NCBI GenBank assembly: GCA_905339405.1 | Contig: CAJPGC010000039.1 | Coordinates: 15,000-78,999, forward strand | Direction of reading: 5' to 3' | Length of the DNA stretch: 64,000 nt | DNA from: an uncultured bacterium | GTDB lineage: Bacteria > Desulfobacterota > GWC2-55-46 | In this document: piece by piece, positions 17,424 to 27,724 of the stretch | Numbering within the stretch: the first letter of the stretch is position 1 | How the letters are laid out: each line of letters begins with the position of its first letter | Notes under the pieces: generated by a model | The model's database searches: none | What the model was told of the DNA's origin: nothing | Seen by the model: only the letters and a program-made list of their open reading frames with translations | Made by a program: the position numbers and the translations under genes

Positions 17424-17575
17424 ATGTAACGCGGCTTCCGCCGCTCTCTGTAACAGGGCTCTACGCGCTTTCTTCCTCCCCACCCGCGAACCTAGCCCCT
17501 GAGGTCGCTTCGCTCCCGACTTCCCCGGCTCGGTTCGCCACTCCCTCCCTTAGGCGCGCTCCGCCCTGTTACGGT
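17424..17575. repeat. Intergenic repeat family A, copy 1 (about 150 bp, long imperfect palindrome with GTAACAGGGC / GCCCTGTTAC termini)
   Basis: Near-identical core (CCCACCCGCGAACCT.GCCCCTGA.GTCGCTTCGCTCC...CCCCGGCTCGGTTCGCC) to copies at 39468-39622 and, reverse-complemented, 53063-53215. Confidence 0.7.
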
Positions 17576-17633
17576 GTAAGGTTAAATACAATACAAGTAC
17601 AATTATTCTCCATTTTAGCGGGGCCGTCTTTCA

Positions 17634-18725
17634 TCAAAACGCGAACGCCAGCACCATCTCTATGGCAATGAGTATGAGTATGCCGAGTTCCACGACGTAG
17701 GCCCGCCTGCCGGAGATCTCGTCGTGTATCATGCTGTAGGTGTTCGTTATTATCTGGAGCTTTTCCCTGATGCTCGTCTCCCAGTCGCGGCTCCTCAACA
17801 CGGCCATGAAGGTCCTGTAGATCCTGGCGTAGTAGACGTCCTCGGTGACTTTAAGAGAGTTGTTGACCTTCTCGGTAACCTCGGTTATGTCCGTGACCGT
17901 CCGCATTATCCTCCTGGCGAGCCTCTCGTACTCCCTCAAGCGCAGGAAAGAAGGGCCCCTGCTGCCGGATATGCGCTTGTAGATGGACTTGAGCTCGGAG
18001 TCTATGACCCTGTCGTAGTACCTGAGCTCGAATATCTGGGCGTTGGCGAACTCGAGTATGTCGGGCAGGTCGAAGCTCCCCGACGGGTCTATTACGAGCG
18101 AGTTGTCGACGTGGACGATTATGAGGTCTTCCGGGTAGTAGCTGAAGCTGTGCCGGAGCGTTTCTTCCCTCGTGAACCGGCTCAGTTCCCTGGTCTCGTA
18201 AAGGAGCAGCCTCGTGGGGTCGTATCTCTCGAGGAATTCCCGGACTTTCAGGCCGCCCCCGAGCTCCTCTATGTATATGACGGTGTAGTCTTCGAGAAAG
18301 TCCTCTTTTATCTCCGGGCTGACTATGGCCGGCCCGAGTGAGTCCATCAAGCCGTTGACGTACTCCCTTGCCTTCGCGTCTATCGTCTCGTCGCTGTCGA
18401 GCTCCCTTGCCACCCTCTCCAGGTCGGCCATCTCCGTCCCCGGCGGTATGGCTATGTCAAAGGCGATGGAGAGGACGCCGAAGTCAAAGGCCTTCGCTAT
18501 GACGTTGACGCGCGTCTCGGAGCCGAAATACCCGCTCGAGAACGGGGCCAGCTCGAGCGCGACCGGCGGGTTCGCGAACTCAAGGGCTTTCGTGTAGCCG
18601 TACCTCGAGAGCTTGAATCTCCTGGTGCCGGCCTTCACGCGCTCTTCGGTCCTGGCGAGGTCTATTTCCAGGGCCACGTCGAAGAGCCTGTATACGAGTA
18701 TCCTTCCCCTGCCTATGGAGATCAT
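17634..18725 (-). CDS. Hypothetical protein with a C-terminal transmembrane anchor (possibly DUF155/RMD1-like)
   Basis: 363-aa ORF with a hydrophobic C-terminus (ELGILILIAIEMVLAFAF). No motif I can assign with confidence. It overlaps the upstream hybrid kinase gene by 4 nt. Confidence 0.45.
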   Translation of the reverse strand: MISIGRGRILVYRLFDVALEIDLARTEERVKAGTRRFKLSRYGYTKALEFANPPVALELAPFSSGYFGSETRVNVIAKAFDFGVLSIAFDIAIPPGTEMADLERVARELDSDETIDAKAREYVNGLMDSLGPAIVSPEIKEDFLEDYTVIYIEELGGGLKVREFLERYDPTRLLLYETRELSRFTREETLRHSFSYYPEDLIIVHVDNSLVIDPSGSFDLPDILEFANAQIFELRYYDRVIDSELKSIYKRISGSRGPSFLRLREYERLARRIMRTVTDITEVTEKVNNSLKVTEDVYYARIYRTFMAVLRSRDWETSIREKLQIITNTYSMIHDEISGRRAYVVELGILILIAIEMVLAFAF

Positions 18726-21208
18726 TCAACGCAGTCAGCGGCTGCCGCCGGGAGCGTTATCCTGGCGGCCGTACCGGCTCCGGGAGCGGAGTCGAGCTCA
18801 AGGGAGCCCCTGTGCTCCTTTATTATCGAATACGATATCGAAAGCCCAAGTCCGGTGCCGCCGCGGTCGGATTTAGTCGTGAAGAAGGGCTCCATCACCC
18901 TGTCGAGGACTTCCCTGGCCATCCCGTCCCCTTCGTCCCTGACCTCGATCACTACCTTGCCTTCCTCCTGCCTGGTCGAGACCCTGACGCGCCTTTTCCT
19001 GTCCGGCAGCGCGTGCAAGGCGTTGAGGACGAGGTTTATTATGACCTGCTCCACCTTCTGGCTCGAGCCCCTCACCTTCGGGAGGTCCTCAGCGCAGTCG
19101 ACCTCGAAGGAATCCGTGTACTTGGTTATCTGGTTGCTCAGAATCGACACTGAAGCCTTCACGGCCCGGTTCACGTCGAAACTGCCCTCCAGGCCCGCCT
19201 TGTCCTTGCGCGAGAAGTCCTTGAGGTTGTCGACTATCCCCTTTATCCTCCTCGACCCGTCGGTTATGCCGGCCAGGAGCTCCGGGACCACCTCGCTCAT
19301 CTCGGAGTAAGGCAGGCCGCCCAGGGAGAAATCCCCGTTGTCGCGGTAGTACGTCTCAAGTATCCTGGCCGCGTCCTTCCACGCGTCCGAAAGAAGGGTC
19401 GAGTTGAAGAGGATGAAGTTGTTCGGGTTGTTTATCTCATGGGCAACGCCTGAGGCGAGAGTGCCGATCGAAGCCATCTTGTTCGCGTGGATGAGCTTCG
19501 CCTGGATGTTCCTTGCCTCCTCCTCCATCCTGAGGAGCTCGGTGAGGTCCTTGACGGTGCACAGCACCATCGCGCTCTGCCTTAGGTTTATTACCTGCCC
19601 CCTCAAGGAGACCACCGCCTTCGTGCCGTCCTTCCTCACCGCCTCCGTCCTCTCGAACGAGAAGCCTCCCCGCGTAGAGTAACCCTCTTTCACTTTCACG
19701 CAGACCTCCGGGCCCATGAAACAGGCCTCAGGCATGCCGGTGAGCTCAGCGCGCGTATAGCCGAAGAGCGCCACTGCCGCCGGGTTGGCGTCGATTACGC
19801 GGCAGCCGCCCAGGCCGAGTATCACCTGAGCGTCCTGGTTCTGCTCGAACATTTGCCTGAAGCGCTCTTCGCTTTCGCGCAGGGCCTCCTCGGCCATCTT
19901 CCTCGCGGTTATGTCGCGCTTTATCCCGAGCGCCAGCTCCTTGTCGCCCACCCTCAGGGGCGTTATCGCCATGTCGACCCATATCTCCGAGCCGTCCTTC
20001 CTCCTGAGGCGGACCTCCGGCATATACCCGCCGTCCTTCCACGCGCGCCTGTGCTCTTCTATCTTTCCGATGGCTTCAGGCTGGACGAGGAGACGCACGC
20101 CGGAGGAAAGGAGCTCCTCTTTCGTGTAGCCGAACATCCGGCAGCCAGCGAGGTTCACGTCGAGGTAGTTCCCATCGAGGTCTATGACGAACATCCCGTC
20201 GAGGGCGGAGTCGAATATGGTCCGGAGCCGCTTCTCGCTGTCCCTCATGGCAGCCTCGGCCTTCTTCCTTTCAAAGGACTGCTCGAAGGACTGCAGGGCG
20301 AAGCCGATGTCAGCAGCAAGGCTCTCAAGGAGGTCTATGGTCTTTCCGGCGAAGGAGCCGGGAGAGGAGCTGTAAACGTTCATGCTGCCGAAGACGGCCC
20401 CTTCCGCCAGTATGGGGAAAGAGGCGCACGCCCTGAACCCGAAGGCCCGCGCAGCCTCCCTCCAGGGCGCGTATCTTTCGTCCGTCTCCGTGTCCAGGCA
20501 GACGGCGTGCCTTCCTGTGCGCACGGCGGCCCCTGCCAGACCCATGCCGAACGGCTTTCCATCGGCCCCGTCGTTTAGCGCGGCGAAAAAGCCTTCGGCG
20601 CACCCGGCGTGGCATACCGGCCTTATCGACGCCCCGGCAAAGTCGGCCTTGCCTATCCAGGCCATCATGAACCCGGCCTTCTCGACGAGTATCCTGCAAG
20701 TCTCGGAGAAGACCCTGCCGCTGCAGCTCTCGCGCACGACCATCTTGTCGACTTCAAGTATGGTCTCGAGAAGGCGGTTCAGGAACAATATCTCTTCTTC
20801 AGCCTTCCTTCGGGCGCGCCTGGTCTCGTACTCCCGGAGCTCCCTTTCAACGGCGGGAGGGAGCCTGGAAAGCCTGTCCTTCAATATGTAATCGTCGGCA
20901 CCGGCCTGCATGGCCGTCACCGCGAAATCCTCGCCCATGTAGCCGGAGACTATTATGACGGGCACGTCGAGCCCTGCCGCTCGCACGCTCCTTACGACCT
21001 CGAGACCCGAGAGCAAAGGCATCCGGTAGTCCGCGATGACGAGGTCCCAAACGCCGGCCGAGATGGCTTCGGCGAGGTCCTTTTCGTTGTCCACGCGCCT
21101 GAAGGACATCTCGAAACCGCCGCGCCTCAGCTCGCGCATGATGAATATGAGGTCGTCTTCGGAGTCTTCCGCTATAAGTACTCTTAACGGCCTGATTTCC
21201 TTCGTCAT
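18722..21208 (-). CDS. Hybrid response-regulator / sensor histidine kinase (N-terminal receiver, GAF, two PAS, HisKA, HATPase_c)
   Basis: Receiver VLIAEDSEDD...DLVIADYRMP, GAF-like region, PAS cores, H-box GVAHEINNP, and ATPase boxes (NLVLNALHAL, GTGLGLSISYSIIKEHRGSL). Confidence 0.8.
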   Translation of the reverse strand: MTKEIRPLRVLIAEDSEDDLIFIMRELRRGGFEMSFRRVDNEKDLAEAISAGVWDLVIADYRMPLLSGLEVVRSVRAAGLDVPVIIVSGYMGEDFAVTAMQAGADDYILKDRLSRLPPAVERELREYETRRARRKAEEEILFLNRLLETILEVDKMVVRESCSGRVFSETCRILVEKAGFMMAWIGKADFAGASIRPVCHAGCAEGFFAALNDGADGKPFGMGLAGAAVRTGRHAVCLDTETDERYAPWREAARAFGFRACASFPILAEGAVFGSMNVYSSSPGSFAGKTIDLLESLAADIGFALQSFEQSFERKKAEAAMRDSEKRLRTIFDSALDGMFVIDLDGNYLDVNLAGCRMFGYTKEELLSSGVRLLVQPEAIGKIEEHRRAWKDGGYMPEVRLRRKDGSEIWVDMAITPLRVGDKELALGIKRDITARKMAEEALRESEERFRQMFEQNQDAQVILGLGGCRVIDANPAAVALFGYTRAELTGMPEACFMGPEVCVKVKEGYSTRGGFSFERTEAVRKDGTKAVVSLRGQVINLRQSAMVLCTVKDLTELLRMEEEARNIQAKLIHANKMASIGTLASGVAHEINNPNNFILFNSTLLSDAWKDAARILETYYRDNGDFSLGGLPYSEMSEVVPELLAGITDGSRRIKGIVDNLKDFSRKDKAGLEGSFDVNRAVKASVSILSNQITKYTDSFEVDCAEDLPKVRGSSQKVEQVIINLVLNALHALPDRKRRVRVSTRQEEGKVVIEVRDEGDGMAREVLDRVMEPFFTTKSDRGGTGLGLSISYSIIKEHRGSLELDSAPGAGTAARITLPAAAADCVE

Positions 21209-21278
21209 TTCCCTTCCAGGATGCGATTATAGAATGATTGGGCAATAGTGAAGCGGATATGTATATTGTATTAACAAT

Positions 21279-24278
21279 TTATTGAAGAGTAAAATAAAAA
21301 GTGGCTCCCCTGTCCTTTTGGCCAATCGCCCAGATCCTGCCGCCGTGCCGCTGGATTATCCTCTGCACGGTGGCAAGCCCTATGCCGGTGCCGGGGAATT
21401 CCATCTCGGCGTGAAGGCGCTGAAAGGGGTTGAAGAGCCTGTCGGCGTACTTCATGTCGAAGCCCGCGCCGTTGTCCCTCACGAAGTAGACTACCGCCCC
21501 GTCCTCAGCCTTCTCCACGCCTACCTCGATGGACGCCTCTTCTTTTTTCGAAGTGAACTTCCAGGCGTTGCCGACGAGGTTCTCCAGCACCAGCCTCAGA
21601 AGGCTCGGGTCGCCTTTGGCCGCCATGCCCTCCGCTATGGAGAACACGGCCCTGCGCCCGGGTTCGGTCTTCCTGAGATCTTCGGCGACGTTCTCCGCGA
21701 ACGCCGAGAGGTCCACATCTTCCCTCGTTATGCCGGTGCGCATCACGTGCGCAAGCTTCAGCAGGGCGTCTATGAGCTGGCCCATTCTCTGGGAAGCCCC
21801 GCTGACCCTCGCCATGTAGTCGCGCCCGGTGGCGTCGAATTTCTCATGGTATTCCCTGAGGAGTATCCTCGTGAAACCGTCGATTATCCTCAAGGGGGCC
21901 CTGAGGTCGTGGGCTACCGAATAGCTGAACGCCTCGAGCTCCTGGTAAGCCTCCTGGAGCTCCTTTGTACGGTCCTCCACCCTGTGCTCGAGCTCTACGT
22001 TGAGCTTTCGTACCTCTTCCTCGGCCCTCTTCCTCTCGGTTATGTCCTGGACCGTGCCGGACATCTTCACGGCCTTTCCCGACTCGTCGAACTCGACCTC
22101 GCCCTGTTCGTGTACTATCCTCTCAACGCCGTTTCCAAGCACTATCCTGTGGTCCATCGAATACGGCTTCCTGTCGCTCAGCGCCTTGCTCACGGAGCTC
22201 ATCACTGACTCGCGATCGTCCGGGTGCACGTAGCCGAGGAAAGCGTCGTAGGTCGCGCCGAACTCCTGCGGGGCCACGCCGAATATCCTGTATATCTCGT
22301 CGGACCAGCGGAGCTCGTTCGTGGCGATGTCCCAGTCCCAGTTCCCTATGTGCGCTATCCTCTGCGCGTTGGCAAGAGAAGCCTCGCTGCTTCTGAGGGC
22401 CGCTTCCGCCGCCACCCTGTCAGTTATGTCCTGGACGGTGCCGGAAAGCTTCACCGGAATATCGTCGATGCATACGACCTCGCCCTCCTCGTGCATGAAC
22501 CTCTCGGCGCCGTCGGGCCTTATTATCTTGTAGTCCATCGAATAGGACCGGCCGGTCGAACAGCTCGTCTCTATGGTCCTCAGTACCATGTCCTTGTAAT
22601 CAGGATGGAGGACCCTCATGAAGTCGTCGTACCCGTTCGTCCATTCCTCTTTCCTGATGCCGAAAAGGGAGTACGTCTCCTCGGACCAGGAGCCTTTCAT
22701 GTTCGTGAGGTCGTACTCCCAGCTGCCCAGCCCCGCTATCCTCTGCGCGTTTGCAAGAGAAGCCTCGCTTCTGCGGAGGGCCTCCTGGGAGCGCTTGAGC
22801 TCGGTTATGTCGGTCGAGATGCCTGCCAGTGCGTACGGCCTCCCGCTCTCGTCCAGCAGCCTGAACTTCACTGAAAGGTATATGCGCCTGCCGTCGAACG
22901 GGACGGTCTCCTCGAACTCCAGCGGAGCGCTCGACTCCAGGGCCTTCAGGTCGTTCTCCCTGAACACGTCCGCCACTTCCCTTGGGAACAGGTCGTGGTC
23001 GGTCTTGCCGCGCACGCCTTCATTGCTTACGTGAAAGAGGGCCTCGAATATCCTGTTTATGAAAATATAGCGGCCCTCAGGGGTCTTCAGGTACACGACG
23101 TTTATCGTGTTGTCCATTATGGCCCTGAACCTCGCCTCGCTTTCGCGCAGGGCCTGGTTCCGTTCCTTGACCTGCCTGGCCATGTTGTTGAACGAGTCCG
23201 TAAGGACGCCTATCTCGTCCTCGCTCTCGACCGGCAGGGATATGTCGTAGTTCCCGGCTGCAATCTCCCTGGAGGACGCGGCGAGCCTGCGGAGCTGCAC
23301 TACAGCGACCCTGTAGAAGAACGCGACGAGCCCGGAGATGAGGGCTATTGCCACTATCATGGTCACCAGGCCGTAAAGCCGTATCTCGCGCACCGGGCGC
23401 AGGGCCTCTTCTGTATCGACCTCGGCGACGAACACCCACCTGTACGGCAGCATGCATATCGAGGAGCCCGCAACGTCAACGCCCCTGTAGTCGGCGTAAT
23501 AGCCGGAGTAGTCCTGCCCCTTCTCGAAGCAGGCCTCCACGGGGGCGCTGGAAACCTTCTGTTTGAGGGGCGGCATCGGCGCAAGCGGGGACTTCGTCAG
23601 CATGAGCCTGTCCCTGTTCACCAGGTAGATGTCCAGGCTTTTGTATGAAGTAAGGGCGCTCCACTTTATGTCTTCCTCCGTCAGCTCAGGAGACCCCATG
23701 AAAACGTCTTCGAGCTTCTCGAGCGTCACGAAGCCGACGATGACGCCCAGGAGCTTCCCGTCGGAGCGGCTGTGCACAGGGGCGGCCACGGCAAGCTCGG
23801 GGACTCCCCTGAGCCCCTTTTCGCGCATTGAAATGGTTATGCCCTCTATCCCGTTCATGAAAAACTCTTCCTCGCTCTGAACGGTCCCGATCGCGCCGCT
23901 GTTCGTGGAGGCGATAGTGACTCCCGAGGTGTTTATGGCGGATATCCTGAAAAAACTCCTCTCAAGCGGGAACTTGTTCGCGATTATATACTCGCTGAGA
24001 AGGCGGCTTTCCGAGGCGTTGGCCGCTACAGCTTTCTCGAACTCGTCCCTTATGACCCCGTCGCTTGCGAAGTCTATGACCCTGTTCCTCATTATCTCGA
24101 AGAAAAGGAATAGTTCTCCGGCCCTGGCCTCGGATATGCTCCTGAGGTCGTCGAGTATTAGTTCCTCTACGTGTTTGCGAGTGGAATTGAGGCTGAGGAA
24201 AAAAGCGATGATGATTGGCAGCAGGACCGCGATGAACGCCAGAAGTATCTTGTATGCGAGGGGGAAGGACCTTTTCAT
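21279..24278 (-). CDS. Membrane sensor histidine kinase (periplasmic sensor domain, HAMP, three PAS, HisKA, HATPase_c); paralogue of 59242-62280
   Basis: TM helix after MKRSFPLAYKILLAF, HAMP (VAVVQLRRLAASSREIAAGNY), repeated PAS cores (AQRIAGLGSWEYD / AQRIAHIGNWDWD), H-box SYSVAHDLRAPLR, G-boxes. Start chosen at MKRSF; the ORF track extends to 24320. Confidence 0.8.
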   Translation of the reverse strand: MKRSFPLAYKILLAFIAVLLPIIIAFFLSLNSTRKHVEELILDDLRSISEARAGELFLFFEIMRNRVIDFASDGVIRDEFEKAVAANASESRLLSEYIIANKFPLERSFFRISAINTSGVTIASTNSGAIGTVQSEEEFFMNGIEGITISMREKGLRGVPELAVAAPVHSRSDGKLLGVIVGFVTLEKLEDVFMGSPELTEEDIKWSALTSYKSLDIYLVNRDRLMLTKSPLAPMPPLKQKVSSAPVEACFEKGQDYSGYYADYRGVDVAGSSICMLPYRWVFVAEVDTEEALRPVREIRLYGLVTMIVAIALISGLVAFFYRVAVVQLRRLAASSREIAAGNYDISLPVESEDEIGVLTDSFNNMARQVKERNQALRESEARFRAIMDNTINVVYLKTPEGRYIFINRIFEALFHVSNEGVRGKTDHDLFPREVADVFRENDLKALESSAPLEFEETVPFDGRRIYLSVKFRLLDESGRPYALAGISTDITELKRSQEALRRSEASLANAQRIAGLGSWEYDLTNMKGSWSEETYSLFGIRKEEWTNGYDDFMRVLHPDYKDMVLRTIETSCSTGRSYSMDYKIIRPDGAERFMHEEGEVVCIDDIPVKLSGTVQDITDRVAAEAALRSSEASLANAQRIAHIGNWDWDIATNELRWSDEIYRIFGVAPQEFGATYDAFLGYVHPDDRESVMSSVSKALSDRKPYSMDHRIVLGNGVERIVHEQGEVEFDESGKAVKMSGTVQDITERKRAEEEVRKLNVELEHRVEDRTKELQEAYQELEAFSYSVAHDLRAPLRIIDGFTRILLREYHEKFDATGRDYMARVSGASQRMGQLIDALLKLAHVMRTGITREDVDLSAFAENVAEDLRKTEPGRRAVFSIAEGMAAKGDPSLLRLVLENLVGNAWKFTSKKEEASIEVGVEKAEDGAVVYFVRDNGAGFDMKYADRLFNPFQRLHAEMEFPGTGIGLATVQRIIQRHGGRIWAIGQKDRGATFYFTLQ

Positions 24279-24460
24279 TCTCACCGTGACCGGGAAGACG
24301 CATCCAGCGCGCCGTTCCATAGCTTTTTTTCGGATACTTTCGTGATGACGGGACGCCGCCGGCCAGGCTCACTTGTTTTGAAGCCCCGCGCAAAAAGCCT
24401 CGCGGAGCCTTGGAGGACTGAGAAGATTCCGGAGTCAGTCCGCTCGCTTGACCCCGAAAT

Positions 24461-25024
24461 CTATCTGCGGGGACTCTCTCTTTGCGGGTTTTCTATGTAC
24501 CTCCGGCGCGCCTCCTCTATTATCTCCTGGGCCTCATTGTGGCCTGCCCAGCCTTCGATCCCGGTCTTCTTCTTTTCCAGGTCCTTGTATATCCGGAAAA
24601 AGTGCCCTATCTCGCGCAGCAGGTGCGGGGGCACTTCCTTGAGCGTCTTTATATGGTTCCAGAGGGGGTCGCCTATGGGGACGCACAATATCTTCTCGTC
24701 GGGGCCCTTCTCGTCCCACATCTTGAAAAGGCCCACGGGCCTGGCCTGTATGTGGCAGCCCGGGAAGGTCGGCTCCCACAAAAGCACAAGCGCGTCAAGG
24801 GCGTCTCCGTCCTTGCCGAGCGTTTCGGTGATGAAGCCGTAGTCGCTCGGGTAATGGACCGAGGAGAAGAGCATCCTGTCGAAGCGCAGAACTTTCGCTT
24901 CAGGGTCCCACTCGTACTTGTTCCGGCAGCCCTTGGGTATCTCGATGAAAACGGTGACTTCGCCTGCCTCCAAAATGCCCCTCCTGAAAACCGGTTCCGC
25001 GCGGCGATGCCATGGACGCGGCAA
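24461..25024 (-). CDS. ppa: Inorganic pyrophosphatase (family I)
   Basis: VFIEIPKGCRNKYEWD, HYPSDYGFITETLGKDGDALDALVL and FFRIYKDLE are conserved PPase motifs. The exact start is uncertain. Confidence 0.85.
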   Translation of the reverse strand: MPRPWHRRAEPVFRRGILEAGEVTVFIEIPKGCRNKYEWDPEAKVLRFDRMLFSSVHYPSDYGFITETLGKDGDALDALVLLWEPTFPGCHIQARPVGLFKMWDEKGPDEKILCVPIGDPLWNHIKTLKEVPPHLLREIGHFFRIYKDLEKKKTGIEGWAGHNEAQEIIEEARRRYIENPQRESPRR

Positions 25025-25091
25025 TGCAAAGCGCCTGTTGGAAGTCTACTGGAGGGGCACGGGATTGTCAAACGGGGCCCGGCGGAGTACG

Positions 25092-25748
25092 TTAGATAAT
25101 CCGCCGCTCTGCTGCGCCTGCTCCAAAGCTCTCAGCCGGCTGGTTTCTGATGGCGAAGGTTATGAGCTGGGGCCTGTTCTGGATATCGAGCTTCTGGAAT
25201 ATGCGCTGCAGATGGGTCTTTACCGTAGGTTCGCTGATGCAGAGCTTTTCGGCTATCTCCCTGTTCCTGTATCCCTGGCCTACGAGCCCCACCACCTCCC
25301 ACTCCCTGGCGGACAGGACGGGCCTGCTGCTCTTTTTAAGGGCGTGGAGCCCCGTAAGGAGGTTCTTTACGTCTATCTTGTCCAGCCATATCTCTCCGGC
25401 GGCCACTTCCCTTATCGCCTTCCTTAAAAGCAGCGGGGTTGAGCCTGCTACCAGCACGCCTTTCAAACCTTTCGTCAGAACGGCTGATATGATGTTGTCC
25501 TCCCCGCAGCTCGTGTCCACGAGTATGAACCTGTTCGCATCGCCTCCAAGGTCGCCGAAGCCGTTGAACAGGGTCGTGAAGTCCACGAGCACCACGTCCG
25601 GCCTCATCGACTCCAGGCGGGCCTGAAGCTCGGAGCCGGGGCGTGCTATGTCGACGACCTTTATGTCTTCACTGCCTTCCAAGAGCCTCAGTATGCCTTC
25701 GGAGAACAGAAGGTTGCTGAAGGCGAGCATGACCTTGATCATTATCAC
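25092..25748 (-). CDS. LuxR-family regulator with an N-terminal receiver-like domain
   Basis: The C-terminus LSAREWEVVGLVGQGYRNREIAEKLCISEPTVKTHLQRIFQKL is a LuxR HTH. The N-terminus has a receiver fold with a non-canonical acidic pocket. Confidence 0.65.
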   Translation of the reverse strand: MIMIKVMLAFSNLLFSEGILRLLEGSEDIKVVDIARPGSELQARLESMRPDVVLVDFTTLFNGFGDLGGDANRFILVDTSCGEDNIISAVLTKGLKGVLVAGSTPLLLRKAIREVAAGEIWLDKIDVKNLLTGLHALKKSSRPVLSAREWEVVGLVGQGYRNREIAEKLCISEPTVKTHLQRIFQKLDIQNRPQLITFAIRNQPAESFGAGAAERRII

Positions 25749-25838
25749 GGACCTTTCAGTTCTTTTTACCCAAGATGCTGGCGCACCTTTTCATGCACGC
25801 GGCTTTCCGGCGCGCCCGGTGAAATGTATTCAAAGCCG

Positions 25839-26939
25839 TCAGATTGTGTCGAAGGAGCAGATGTCCGTCTGCTTTATTATCTTCTTGAGCTTGTCCAGGG
25901 CCTTGACCTCTATCTGGCGGACCCTCTCCCTTGTCACGCCGAAGGATTTCCCTATCGACTCCAGCGTCTGGGGCTCGTCTGATTCGAGTCCGAACCTGAG
26001 CTTCAATATCGTCCTCTCGTTGTCGTCGAGCATGCCGAGCCAGTTGGTTATCCTCTCGGTCCTCCTGGACTCGTCTATTATCTCCATGGGGCTGGGGAAC
26101 CTGTCGTCTTCCAGCCTGTCAAGGAGCGACTGGTCGGTGTCGTCCGGGAAACTCGCCTCGAGCGAGTAGCTTTTCTTGCTTATGGTATTGAGCTTTTTCA
26201 CGTACCTGCCGGAAAGGCCGGTCTTCTCGGTGAGCTCCACTATGCTGGGCTCCCTCTTCAAAGTCCTGGAGAGCTCCCTCGTGGCCCTGGTGAGCTTGGA
26301 TATGTCGGCGGTGACGTGTATGGGGAGCCTTACTATCGAGGACTGGTTGGCTATGGCGCGCTCAATGGCCTGCTTTATCCAGTAGGTCGCGTAAGTGGAG
26401 AACTTGCAGCCCTTCGTAGCCTTGAAGCGCTCCACCGATTTTATGAGCCCTATGTTGCCCTCTTCAATGAGGTCCTGGAGCGGCAGTCCCCTGTTCAGGT
26501 ACCTCTTGGCAATATTCACGACCAGCCTCAGGTTGGCCTCTATCATCTTCCTGCGCGATTCCATGCACCCTTTGGCGATTTTCCTGGCCAGGGTCTTCTC
26601 CTCGTCCGAGGTCAGGAGGGCGAACTTCTTTATGCCGCTGAAGTAGACCTTGACGGAATCGGAAGCCGTCGCGGCCTCCTTATCACGCTCCTCCTTCTTG
26701 GCGCGCCTCCTGGGTTTCGCTTCGGCCGCAAGGACCGGCGTCTGAGCGGGGTCGGTTATACCGGCGCCCTCGAAGGCGCCCTTTCCGTCAGCCGCGCCGC
26801 CGTGCCTGTAGGGGAGCGGCCAGTTCTCAGCTCCCTTGGCGGCGCCCTTTGACGCCTTCTTGAGGGGCACGAAACCTGCTTCCTTGCCCTCCCCTTCGCC
26901 GAACCCGATGAACTTCTTCTTGTCCTTGGCCTTGTTCAT
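25839..26939 (-). CDS. RNA polymerase sigma factor, sigma-70 family (group 2, RpoS/RpoD-like)
   Basis: Region 2 ([55 protein letters not shown]), region 3, and region 4 ([24 protein letters not shown]). The likely start is [10 protein letters not shown]; the ORF track extends to 27128 and overlaps the next gene. Confidence 0.8.
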   Translation of the reverse strand: MNKAKDKKKFIGFGEGEGKEAGFVPLKKASKGAAKGAENWPLPYRHGGAADGKGAFEGAGITDPAQTPVLAAEAKPRRRAKKEERDKEAATASDSVKVYFSGIKKFALLTSDEEKTLARKIAKGCMESRRKMIEANLRLVVNIAKRYLNRGLPLQDLIEEGNIGLIKSVERFKATKGCKFSTYATYWIKQAIERAIANQSSIVRLPIHVTADISKLTRATRELSRTLKREPSIVELTEKTGLSGRYVKKLNTISKKSYSLEASFPDDTDQSLLDRLEDDRFPSPMEIIDESRRTERITNWLGMLDDNERTILKLRFGLESDEPQTLESIGKSFGVTRERVRQIEVKALDKLKKIIKQTDICSFDTI

Positions 26940-27006
26940 TGAAGTGCCTCCTGATGTTTTTGAAAGCCGCCCGCGTCGCGGAGGCTCCGGTATGCCTGTT
27001 TTTTTC

Positions 27007-27724
27007 TTACCTTCCGCCTGCCATGATGTTGACGATGGACGACACCGGCATGGGCTCCCTGAACTCGATGCCCGAGACGAACCCGCCGTCAGCCCGCTCG
27101 GTCCAGACCATTCGCGCGCCGCGCTCAAAGGACAAGCCGCTGAGGCTCACTTTCACGAGTACGTCCTCTCCCGCGCCGATGGGCTCTCCGGCGTACTCGG
27201 CCCTCATGCCGTGAGGCGATATGTCGCGGGCGACCCCGGTGACAGCCCCTGCCGCCGATACAACGGAGCACAGATCCGTGAAGCTCAAGCGTCCTTCCTT
27301 CCTGCTGCCAGCCTCCCTGGCCGCCAACACCGCGTTCAAAGGCGCCCTCATCATCGCCTCCACGGCGCCTATGAGCTCCGGGATCCTGAAAGGCTTCTCA
27401 AGGCATTTGAGCCCTCTTTCCGAGATGGCGAGCAAGACCTCCTCTGAAGCTCCCCCGCTCATGAACAGGAAGGTCCGGGGCGCGCCCGGAAGGTTCATCG
27501 CGGCCTCATGGAATTCCAGGCCGCCGAGCTCCGGCATATTGACGTCGGAGATGACAAGGTCGTAGTCCGACTGGCGAAGCTTGCCGAGCCCATCCGCGCC
27601 ATGCACGGCCACGTCGACCTTGTAACCGGCGGTCCGCAGCACCATGCCGCAAAGGTCGCGTATGGACTCGTCGTCGTCTACCACGAGCACCCTTCTCGAA
27701 AGATTCAAGGCTGCGTTGTCCAAG
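27007..27724 (-). CDS. Response regulator with a receiver domain and a C-terminal PilZ (c-di-GMP-binding) domain
   Basis: Receiver [13 protein letters not shown]...[14 protein letters not shown], and a C-terminal PilZ-like beta-barrel region. The probable start is a TTG/GTG near 27724 preceded by GAGGGGG; the ORF track extends to 27888. Confidence 0.6.
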
